Shown here piece by piece: positions 24,346 to 34,908 of a stretch of 64,000 nucleotides of DNA. The first letter of the stretch is position 1. The number at the start of each line of letters is the position of its first letter. The translations under genes were made by a program, and so were the position numbers. The notes beneath the pieces were generated by a model, which was given only the letters and a program-made list of their open reading frames with translations, did no database searches and had not been told where the DNA came from. Source of the stretch: Amphiscolops sp. MND2022. Taxonomy: Eukaryota. The stretch spans positions 50,966,001 through 51,030,000 of the forward strand of contig OZ076413.1 of the NCBI GenBank assembly GCA_964187785.1. Direction: 5' to 3'.

Positions 24346-25564
24346 GGGGTCTAAGCGATTCCATTGTACTTGAGTCCACCACGTTCACGCCAGCTCCCGT
24401 GTCCAATAAAATGTCCATCTCTTTGTCCTCGATTCGGGCTTTCACAAAGACACCACTGTTACAACCAGAACAGTCTACCACACGCACAGCGTTCAACGCC
24501 TTTCTTTCAATTGCTAAGCCAGCCCTCTCAACAATTTGTGCAGCTTTCTCTCTTGTCAACTTCCCATGCACATCTGGAGCGTCTTCGACCACCAGCTGCC
24601 GTTTGGGGCATTGTTGAGGAAAGTGTCCAAAACCATCGCAAACAGGGCAGATATCGGCTACAAAACCGCCATTCCCCTTGAAATTTCGTTCGGTCGCCAC
24701 AGGGTTGGCCTCACGTTTGGGAGGGTCTGTCACCCCAGCCTGCCTCTCAGGCCTCACAGTTGTTGACAGAGTTTCCATGAACGTCATCATCATCTGTGTC
24801 ATCTGGTCCATTCTTCTTGTGAGCTGTTGTAACCCTTCTTTCCACGGTTCGTCTGAATAACCACGGATGTCACGACATGAGTCTTGCTGCCTTCCAAACT
24901 CTTCGTACCGCTCTTGTTCATTCCGTGAACGGCCACGTGTTGTTCGAGCAATAACTTCCAAGTCAACAGCCCTGTTCACTAGATCCCCAAATGTTTGTGG
25001 GTTTTCTTTCAACAACTGAACTTCCAGTTGTACATCGCTCAAACCCTCGAGGAACTTCTCGCGGAACAACTCGTCTCTCGTGTTGGGGTCCTTCTCTGAG
25101 TAGGCAATTTTTCCAATGTTTCTCACTCGTCGGGCAAATTCCCTCAGGGTTTCCTCTGGTTGCTGTCGAAGTTTTCTAAATTCTGCTTTCCCCAGACGGT
25201 CATTTCGCATCATCCCCATTTCTCTACCCAGGTAATTGAATAGTGCAGCTAACGTAGGTGCATCTTCCCCATCCACTTGCTCTCTCAGTTCTCGAGGCGC
25301 AGCGTTGTACTCGTCCAATGCGTACCCAATCAAGCACACAGGCACAGCTTGCAGACCTTGCAACTCAGTCCATCCGTTGGCTCTGTCAACTCTGTAAAAG
25401 TGCGTTTTCCATTGGGACCAATCTGGATAGTTCTGCGAGGGGAAGCTGTCAGGTCTGATTGCTCCATTGCCAAACAGCTGATTCTCATTGCCGTTGAGGC
25501 CCTGTATCACCCCTTGGGCGACAGCCTCCATTATTGCAAGTCGCTGTTCGTCTTCCATACCCAA
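24305..25564 (-). CDS. gag: Gag (capsid plus CCHC knuckle) and N-terminal half of an aspartic protease
   Basis: W..W..HF.....ANGW gag motif, LRQQPEETLREFARR, CPVCDGFGHFPQQC, LLDTGAGVNVV. Confidence 0.88.
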   Translation of the reverse strand: MGMEDEQRLAIMEAVAQGVIQGLNGNENQLFGNGAIRPDSFPSQNYPDWSQWKTHFYRVDRANGWTELQGLQAVPVCLIGYALDEYNAAPRELREQVDGEDAPTLAALFNYLGREMGMMRNDRLGKAEFRKLRQQPEETLREFARRVRNIGKIAYSEKDPNTRDELFREKFLEGLSDVQLEVQLLKENPQTFGDLVNRAVDLEVIARTTRGRSRNEQERYEEFGRQQDSCRDIRGYSDEPWKEGLQQLTRRMDQMTQMMMTFMETLSTTVRPERQAGVTDPPKREANPVATERNFKGNGGFVADICPVCDGFGHFPQQCPKRQLVVEDAPDVHGKLTREKAAQIVERAGLAIERKALNAVRVVDCSGCNSGVFVKARIEDKEMDILLDTGAGVNVVDSSTMESLRPPMRSKNFMESCGL

Positions 25565-25746
25565 AGCGTTACTTCAGGCACCAACTAGTTGCAATAGAAA
25601 AACGTCTCTGTTATGTTGTACAAGAACGTTCTCAGTCGATCAACCTCATCGGATAATGTGCTTGTTTTGATCGCGTCGTGAAGGGATTACAGCTAAGTCC
25701 CAGTAAAACAATTCCAAAATAACAGCGATACAGAACTACGAAAATT

Positions 25747-25764
25747 GCCCACCCAGGAGCGCCA
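25747..25764 (-). promoter_or_regulatory. Primer-binding site, probably tRNA-Asn
   Basis: TGGCGCTCCTGGGTGGGC, 1 nt inside the 5' LTR. Its complement GCCCACCCAGGAGCG-CCA resembles eukaryotic tRNA-Asn 3' ends. Confidence 0.75.
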
Positions 25765-25765
25765 C

Positions 25766-27702
25766 TGTAGAAATTTTTGCTAGAGGGTCGGAGAGAAATC
25801 CCAAAGGCTCGATTCTAACAGAAAGGTTTAGTTTTTAGTGAGTAAGTTTCGTCCACGTATCGCGTATTCTTTTCACAAAGTCTCTCCGGTGCTCAAGTTT
25901 CGACTCCAAAACACTATGGAAAAGTTACTTGCAATTAATACTCTAATTCAGGAATTATTTGGATATAACAAGTCGAAGATTTCCACAGTATATAAACTCT
26001 CAATCAAATAACAATAGCACAGCAGGTGAATGAATTATATACAATAACTCGACAAGACTGTGCCAGAATCACGATTCACTCAAAGATTTCCAAGTCCCGG
26101 ACTTGTAACTTATTCGCTGCTCTCACAAAGCAGTCAAGTCAAACTCGATCTCGAGTAGGTTTCTTGCCCGCACGCGGCTCAACTTACTCTTAACTTCGTA
26201 ATCGTTCTTCTGTCTCAATTCGGTCTCCTTTTCCCTCCCTAAGATATTTATTCATCAGCCGCATTTTTGTTGTACCGATGTCGCTCTTTTATTTGCATGC
26301 TTTTATAAATCATGTAATTTCATTCCTTTTATGGCATGGTAGCGCCCTAGTCATATTTCGGCCAGACATACTTCGCCGCCAACGTCAAGTAATTCACATC
26401 TTGTCCGAAGTCCACATTTCAATAATAATTCAAGTCACCCGAGATATCTTTAACATCGAAGAAATCGCTCAATGACCTTAAACTACATGGTTTACATGCT
26501 TTCTACGTGTAAGGGGTACTTTTCTGTCATTCTGAGTGCAATACATCGCGAATCGTTCCGCCTGACTGAAATGCATAAATTATCGCTTAAAGACACTGAT
26601 TTACATGTTTTATTGTACGTTTTCCTATAGGTTCCGGGGTTACATCTAAAATGACCTTTAGGTCCATCTGTGACCTTGAAGTTATTTGTCATCATCTAAT
26701 GTCACTACATGCCAAGTTATATCGTCCTAGGGTCAATGGTTCCCGAGTTACATGATATGCGTATCGTTTGTTTACTTAAGGCGGTTACCCCCGCATGGGT
26801 TACAAATACGGTTTCATTCACATTAAAAATCGACTACATTCATTATTCCGGTTCGTTTGAGATATTACAAGCCAAGGTCAACGTCTTTTATCGGTCGGGC
26901 CCGCGCGTCCGGTCCCGCGTGCCTTAAACAAACATTACTCCGCTCTCGGTGGACCGATCAATGTATCTTTCATGTATTTTACTTAGGGTTACTAGCTAAA
27001 CATCTTGGGTAAGTTTCGTGATCTTCGGACCATCCGGTGGCTATTTACATAACATTTGAGGTTTATTTACATAGGGTCCGTGCTCCTCCTACGCGCGTCG
27101 TAGGTTTCCGAAAATGTGCGCAAACGGCTTAATATCCTATGGGCTATCAATTCCATATACAATACGACTTACTCCGTGCTTGGTCGACGAGTTCGTAGGG
27201 GGGTCGACCTAGGTCACTTCCGGTGCTAATAGCCCGGGACTGGGGGGTCTCGACTCGGTTCTGTTTTTATAGGCGCGTAGCATAACACCTCAGGTATACG
27301 TGTGCCAAATTTCAGGTCTCTACGATAAATAGTCTTTGAGAAAATCCCGACTGGGGGGGGTTCGCCGGTTTTGTCACACTTGGTTTTCCCGGGTGGTATC
27401 TTAGAATATTTTCGCTTGGAAGTGGGACTTAGCAAAATTCGCTCCAAGTGGTCGATTCTAACTTAGCTGATTCGAACAATTTCGTTGTTGACGTCGATTC
27501 TATCTTACTCAAACAATCAAATTTACTCTTTCTATTATTCGTATACCAAAACCATTAACGAAATACGTCTACTTCGCCTTTTCAGCTGTTTTCACCATTC
27601 CGACGGTTTTTAAAACGTGATTAACATAGTTCTGCCTATCGTATGTACTTCGCGCAAAAATGATGGGATTTTTCTAAAACGCCAAAATCTAAAAATTCTA
27701 CA
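25766..27702 (-). repeat. 5' LTR (1937 bp)
   Basis: Direct repeat of 19141-21077, followed on the minus strand by the PBS. Confidence 0.95.
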
Positions 27703-27913
27703 TTCAGGATTACCGTGATCATTAAAATATATGCCCTAACAATTTCATCGTCTTTTTGACAGTATCTAACTTTCTGCAAATTACCATGATTATGATTTTG
27801 TTTTTTGGCAATTGTTTTTCACTGATGCTAATGAGTACTGTTTTGAGAAACATGTTAGCATTTTTAGACAGCTTATGTGAATTCATTCAAAGCCAACAAC
27901 AGCAAAACGACCA

Positions 27914-28169
27914 ATGCAGTCATTTTGTCTGAGACACGCGCTTGCCAAACAAGCTGCTGGTAAAGTAGGTGCCTTTTTATGCCCTGAGGAATTACGTGGT
28001 GCTACGCAATACCAACTTCGCAAATCCAGTAGCCGCCAAAATAGCGATGATGATCTCAAATATTACAAAGTTAAACAATCTGTGGAGGTAAGGACAGAGT
28101 CTGCTAATGACAACGCTGGGAAAAAGAATCAGAAACCTGGAATGACAGAACACATGAGAATAAACCAAG
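27914..28169 (+). CDS. FAM162: FAM162/UPF0389-like protein, exon 1
   Basis: MQSFCLRHALAKQAAGK... (basic, presequence-like), strong AG|GTAAGT donor in phase 1. Confidence 0.6.
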
Positions 28170-30337
28170 GTAAGTTTTTTACTCTAAAATTTTGTCTAAT
28201 TTATCTGTGACTGAAGGTAACTTGAAAAATATTGTGGAAATATGAGCATTTCAACAGTTTTTTTGTTTTCTATGAGTATGGAGGTACTTCTAAATTAATT
28301 TTGAAAAAGCTTGGCAAGTAAAAGTTCAGTTAAAGTTTTTCCCTGGTTAACAGACATATCCCGATGAACCACGTATTATCCATTGTGAAGTTCTAGTTGA
28401 CATTTGAGAAGAATGGCAAGTTTCACAAATCCCAGAATATAATTTTTGGGAGTATCATTGGAGGCGTATATCGATCGTTCGACCAATATTTTGAAGGCTT
28501 AACATTTTCGAGGCATTTGACCAAGGGATCGAAAAGTATCGCTGTGTGAGACTCGCACTCGCTTGAAAAATGATGTCCGGGCATTGAGCCCAAGGCGGAC
28601 ATTACGCCCAATGAAGTCAATATATATTTTTTTACAAATATTGAGCGTAATGTCCTATAACCGTGAAAAATGACATATTTAATTTATCCAGGTGACACAC
28701 ATTTGTTCATTTTGTTTCATTGGGATCCAGTGAAACGTTTTGGCAAAATTTAAAATTTGGATTCTTCTGAAGAATCAATATAGAATGAAGAGATTTTTGA
28801 CTGCTTTTTTAAAAATAGAATGATGATTTTTTTCATTTGAAAAACCATGTATAAATGATAGGATTTCATTTTTTAAATTTATTTGCTGCTGCCCCGAAGG
28901 AAATGATGAATTAGCTGAAACTCATGTATGATTGCTCGATTCTACAAAAACTGTAAATCGGTCAATAGGCTCTGGTTTCCGCGTTGCGTCAGAGCTGATC
29001 GTCTCTTCATTTCTTCTGGAGCTTCTGAGGTCTTTTCAATGGAGCTTCTGAAGAAAGAATACTCTTGAGCAAATGAACGTACTGTACTCATCTTTCACTT
29101 ATCACCGCATCTCGAAGCATCGTGAAGAGTCTCAGCCATTCATTTAGTCATTGACTGAATTAATGTTTACTCTGAAGGATTGAGTTATTTTCTGTGTCGG
29201 AAGTTCTTTTACTTCCAAGTTGATTTTGCTGATGGCTTTTAAAAGGTTTCTGAAAGGACCATCTTCCGCATAATTTACGGAGAGGGAAACTGGTTCTCGT
29301 ATTGAAAGGATCAAAACTTCTAGCTTTGACACAATTGTAGATAACCAATTCCTAAAACAGTTTCTTCCGCTGTAGTCCCAAATTGAGATATTTTCAGAGA
29401 AATTTATTTGGTGCGCATTTTTGCAAAATTCAGAAATAGCTATTGGTTTACGGAAAACTAGTATAGTTGAACGATTGACTCACGTCGGCAATTTTTTCAT
29501 AAATTGAATTTTTATCCTTAAAGGATTTGTAGAAATGATAGATAGATAGATAGTCTTCAAATGTCCTGGAATTGTTTTGTGATTGCAAAGTAATAATGAG
29601 CTCTGTATGGGTCGATTTTCTGAGAGTTCCACCAACCCTACAATTGTAGCAGTGTGATTTCATTGTGCGTATGACGAACAAGACAAATAATTGGGCGCCC
29701 AGCCTAAGGGTAAAAAACTCGAATCGTTCAAATATGCTCAATGAGTTTTCAACAGAAGTTTGAAAAAACTAACCTATATTTTTGCGAAAGGGGACCCTTT
29801 GACTCGAAAAAGAATAGTTCTAGAAAGTTTTTCTGGTCGTGTGATAATGGTGATTTTGATAATCGGGATCATAATTTTAACAAAACCCGCCGACTAAAAA
29901 CGAAGTAAACCTTTGCTCCAAAGTTAAAAATTTTCATTGCTTCATTCCCAGAATTAATCTGATCGAGTATTTTTTGAAATCTGAGTTTTTAATTTGAGTA
30001 TATATCTCAGTAAAAACTGGCAAGCATATAAACTTTTCATTGAGTTAATTTTTTTTGCTATAAAATCAACAAAATGTCTACCAAATTATTTCTGAATATC
30101 GATTACACGCTAATGTCACAGAATTATGCGAATCCATTTTTACACGCAAATGTCCCTGCGTTTCTGCGATGTTGCTGCGATTTCTACTGAGAAGTCTTTT
30201 TCTCCAAAATTTAAAAAGCTAAAGCTCTCATAGAGAAAAAGATACAATCAGGTACAATTGTATACCCGTTAAGCATGTAACATCTCACATTTTTGTTTTT
30301 CACGGAGTTCATTTTTCTTTGACTTATTCTGTTTCAG

Positions 30338-30434
30338 TGGGACTTGAGAGAACGACCAAGTTGGAGAAATATTTAGCTGTTTATTTCCACAAGGACCGCT
30401 ACCCTACTATAGAAGATGTCCCTGATTATATGCA
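30338..30434 (+). CDS. FAM162: FAM162-like protein, exon 2
   Basis: TTTCAG acceptor, V-GLERTTKLEKYLAVYFHKDRYPTIEDVPDYM-Q, resembling the T..EK..L.W..RY....EIP..V core. Phases 1/2 fit. Confidence 0.7.
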
Positions 30435-31282
30435 GTATGCGTTTTACACTCCGTTTGCTTTCGTAACTCATGAAAATTTGATATCAATTGTGAACTTGGA
30501 TCTACTTTTCTTTAGTTAAAAAACGGCTCAGACTGTTTTCCATTTTTGAATAATTACTCAAGCTTTGTCTTGACGACTTTAATTTTTGAACTGCTTGTTT
30601 AATTGTTTTTCTTTCAGTGTTATTGAATAGAATTCATTTTTTAAAACAAACAATGGCAATACTGAGCCGAAAAAATTCGAATCAAACATGATCCTCACTG
30701 CATTTCTTCAGAGATTTTGTATCTGTTGTCTTTATAATTTTATAATGATTCAAGACTAAACATTCAAGTTCTCCAATGACAGCCTCCTTAGTTTCACGTA
30801 GAGGTTTTTTTCTAACTGATGACTCAATTTCAATCTTTTTCTTGAAAATTTGAAAGGCAGTTTTTATATCTCACATTTTAAATGCTGGTAAAGTGAACCT
30901 TATTCGTCAAATGTTAAACCATTACAAGATGCAAATTAGTGAGACTTCAATTGGGTTTCATTCAAAGAACCATGACATCCATGCGTGGTTTCATGCATTG
31001 CATCTCATCAAGTTTCCATACGTGAAATCATCTTGTTCGAACTCTAGACAATCAACTCATAAGCGACTGATAACTTTAGTACTGCCAAAAATACGAAGTT
31101 TATGAAAAACAACAAGTTATGCGTCAAAATTCTTCGAAGTAACGACTTTTCAACAAAAATGTCACCATGTGAGGGTTTACGATCGTCTATATGAAATCCA
31201 AAGTTTTGTAGGTTTTTAAAATTTCTGTGGATTGAAAATGGTATAATTGGGCATCATGCAATTACAAATGTTTTTTTTTCAG

Positions 31283-31457
31283 AGACACAAAAAGAGCCGA
31301 CTTGAGGTGGAAGTTTCTCATTCGCATTCAAGTTGTGGTCGGGACAATTATTTTCAGCTGGTTGTTTTTCTACGAACGAAGTCGTCATTATGAAAGAATC
31401 GAGAATGCTAACAAGAAACTAGAGAGGACAGTAATACATTTCAACCAAAATAAATAA
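31283..31457 (+). CDS. FAM162: FAM162-like protein, terminal exon
   Basis: Poly-T-CAG acceptor, DTKRADLRWKFLIRIQVVVGTIIFSWLFFYERS...NQNK* with one transmembrane-like segment. Confidence 0.7.
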
Positions 31458-32325
31458 TTGGCGAAATATTTGAGTATTTTTTGATACAATTTTTAATTTA
31501 CTCTGTTACAACGAAATTAAATGAGTAGTTTGTGAGCATGTGTTGTGTGGAAAATAGAGACGTTCGCGAGACAAGTTAACATTATTGGAGACAAAGCCAC
31601 TTCATTCATATTAGATGCCAAATGATCAAGATGAATTACTGTCAGGCAACAGCTTGGTTCAGATACTATTTCTGATTCTCGCGATTTTGCCATATTAGTG
31701 GCAACCAACCATTTCATAAGCAATTTTACAAGAGTGCCCAACAATCGCGCCATACATATTGCTTCAAGAAAACTGTTGCTTACACATAGATGCGTAAAAT
31801 CTACGGAAGCCATTTGATTTCAAAGCTGTGTTACTTTAGAGACCCCTAAATTTGCTTACATTTTTTGCGAAATTGAAATTTCTGGAAATACCCGAAGAAT
31901 TCAATTTTCTGCAATTTTAATTTCGGACAAGCTATCAGGAAAGACACTTCTGAAAATCTTCAAGAAAGTCTTTGTAGTTCGCATGTTTTACGGGGGCCTT
32001 CAGTCGCTGAATTTCGAATTTCTAGAAAGTTGAGCGACACCGCAAAATTGAACATACATTTTTTTCTTAACTGGCTGTAATTTGAATATAGTTACAAAAT
32101 TTAAATAGATCTGCCGTCGTTCCACTGATGACGCTAAACCACCAACAAATCGACTACTTCGAGTTTGGACTTGGTGAGCGGAATACTTGTGTGCGAATTC
32201 TCAGAAGGATCTGAAATTTGTATAACCTCACTAACGGCCTTTTGAAATGTCATATATAACGCTACATAAGTCGCAAATAACGTACATACTTGAGGCATTC
32301 CTTTTTTTGGTTCATTGAATTACGT

Positions 32326-33557
32326 TTTAGTCGACGCTTTTCCTAAGAAAAGAGTCGATTATAGTCATTGCTTTTCGTCAGTGTTTTTAGCGGCGCTTTT
32401 AGAATAAAATAACCCGACTATTACAATCACTCGTTTTTTTCTTCAAGACAGAATCAAAAGCGACAAAATTTTCGTTCAATTTGTTAAACTAATCGAATAC
32501 CTAAGAAACTAAGCTAAAATATTACAAGGGGCCCCTTTTTTCATTTTTAGTCGGCGCTTCATGAAGTGAAACGCGACTATTATAGTGACTCTTGTTTTCA
32601 ATCCACACGAACTGGCCAAAATAGTTTGGCTCGTCGAACTCAACCAAAAAGGCTTTTTTTATGTTTTTCCGCGTAACATTACCAGGAGAGACTAAAGGGT
32701 CCTCCTTCTCAGATTTTTTCGGCATTGTGAGGCGTTTTCGAAAAAAAATTCCCCAGAGGGTCCCTCTTCAATTTTTTGATGTTCTGCGACAGAATGGATG
32801 TTGAAAAGTCTCAAAGGGTCCCCCCTTTCAGCTTTATTTCGGTATTGAGACTCGGAAATTTTTTTCACCAATTTTTTTCACCCTTCAATTTTTTGATGTT
32901 TTGCGACAATGGATGTTAAAAAATGCGAAAGGGTCCCTTTTTTAGCGCGCCATTTCCGTCGTTTGGGTTTTCGTGAGTTTGATACTCTTTCTGTGAGTTT
33001 GATACTTTGAGTTTTTGACTTTTTCATGTCCTTTTGCTATTTTTGTGCTTTAGATATGGCGCCGACTTATGCCGTTCCGGGCTTGTTTAGTTTCTAAACG
33101 AAACATACAAAACCGGACAAGACTAAAGGGTCCTCCTTCCATTTTTTTTCAGCGCTGTGAGACTTTTTTTTCGAAAATAATTTCCAAAGGGTCCCATCGT
33201 GTTTTACTGATGTTTTGGATCAAACTGGAGTTTCAAAAAGCCCAAAAGGTCTCCCCTTTCACATTTTTGGCACTATGAGACTTTCAGAATTCTCATTTTT
33301 TGTCCAAAATTAAGTTTTCTCATTTTATACAAACGAAAATATTCTTTTCAATACTTTCCGAAGTTTTGACAAGTTATCCAGAGTAAAACGCGATGTCCAT
33401 TTTTTTGACGGTATGTCCGAAATTTATTGCGTTTTACTGAAAAGGAGACGCAGGTTCGAAAAAGCGCTTCATTTGTCCCTTTTCATTATGCAAGTTTTTA
33501 CAACTGCGGTTTTTGAGCATTAGGTATGGCGCCGACATTAGACGTTTCCGTCTTGTT
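32326..33557 (+). mobile_element. Nested cluster of family 1 Helentron-like elements
   Basis: Three 5' ends (TTTTAGTCG.CGC-like at about 32326, 32385, 32544), two 3' ends (GGCGCCGAC, hairpin, TTGTT at about 33058-33088 and 33528-33557) and many AAGGGTCCCC units. Confidence 0.6.
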
Positions 33558-33945
33558 TATAATTCCAAATGTTCATACTTAGTTCCTTTAAGATTAAAGA
33601 GGTTAAGATTAAAAATTCAGCAATGATAAAGTTTACTTCCTCAAATTGAGCATATGACAATACCATTACTTTTTGAACTTCTGTCAACAGTATGTCATGC
33701 AAGAAGTTTCTCAACAAAGCCATTTTTCCTCCTTGAATCACCATCTTTGTTCAAAAAATGCAAAATTTTTTCGCTTTAAATGCAGCGGAATTTGACTGTA
33801 TGCGTTAGGTCATGTCTACTGATGAAAGCCAGAATCGATTAGTTATTGCACATGACGAAGTCAATGTGCATTGCAGTCTAGCTAAGAAAGTTTTTTTTCC
33901 ACAATAGTCAACTTCATAATTAGCGCTTTTTAGAATAAAGCCAAA

Positions 33946-34016
33946 ACCCCAGAGAGATTCGAACCTGCAGCCTCCCGATTGCACGTCATATGTGTTGACC
34001 ACTGTGCCATAGGGAC
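33946..34016 (-). pseudogene. tRNA-derived sequence (SINE head or pseudogene)
   Basis: GTCCCTATGGCACAGTGG (A box) ... GGTTCGAATCT (B box) at tRNA spacing, with imperfect stems. Confidence 0.5.
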
Positions 34017-34132
34017 GTTATTGAACAAAGTTGAACTGTTGAATATATACGCATGCGATTAAAATAATATTTATACGCATATTAAAATATTCGTCTTCGT
34101 CATGTGTTGCGAAGCACCGCTTCGCCTCTGTG

Positions 34133-34584
34133 TTATTATTTCTGCGACAGCAAGAATATTATTCAAATCTCAAGAATTCATTTTTTTCAGTAAAAGTATT
34201 GTCGTGATACTGTAAAACTCGGATATTTTATTCGGCACTGAGTATAAGCGTGAGATTTAAACTTCTCAAGCTGTCGACAACAATTCGTTTGTTGTGCGTT
34301 GGAACGAGCGAGTTGGAATTATACATTCGGACGCCCAGATATTGAAATGAAGCGAACGAGTGGCAATTATTCGTTCGCCGAGAGCTTCGCTTGCATTCAA
34401 ATGTGAATGCGAAACTTCGTCTACGCTGAGTTGGTATATTTTCTTTAGTCCGAGAAGAAATGAAGGTGATGTAAACTGGTAGTGATTAATTATGCTCTAT
34501 ATAAATGATCAAGATAAGCTTCCTTTATTGAACATGAAAGCCTAAATGCAGAAATACTACTATGCCCCGCAGGGGCCTATTTTA
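34133..34584 (+). mobile_element. Family 2 Helentron-like copy
   Basis: TTATTATTTCTGC...GCAGAAATACTA then GCCCC-GCA-GGGGC hairpin and TATTTT. Homologous to 10512-10897. Confidence 0.6.
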
Positions 34585-34908
34585 TAACATTTCAGCTGCC
34601 ATTTCAAGTACAGTTTCTAAGTGCGGCATTGGGTATTTGTCCTTATCAATTGCGTGGTTCAATGCCTGGTTTTCACAGTTGGTTGACTGAAATTAACGTC
34701 TCATATCATTTATTTTTTAGCCTTCCGCACTTAATCGTTTTGGTCCTTTATCTAGGGCGTTTTGCTATCGAATTCGGAATCTTCTCTCTTCTTGCTGCGA
34801 AATTCTAGCATATGTTTTAGCTTTATTTTCACTTCATGAGTTTTCACTTTTTCATCAAGCAACTTTTTCATTGCAAAATTATTTTCAAATTGCGGTTTCT
34901 TTACTTAG

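Larger units (their letters stand above)
19141..27702 (-). mobile_element. Non-autonomous Ty3/Gypsy-like LTR element encoding Gag, protease and a macrodomain
   Basis: Two 1937-bp TG...CA LTRs offset by 6625, TSD TTCAG (19136-19140, 27703-27707), PBS and PPT. No RT, RNase H or integrase motifs seen in the 4.7-kb interior. Confidence 0.93.

Noticed and set aside
31517..31813. 98-aa minus-strand ORF convergent with the FAM162-like gene
   Set aside because: No recognisable motif or supporting exon structure.
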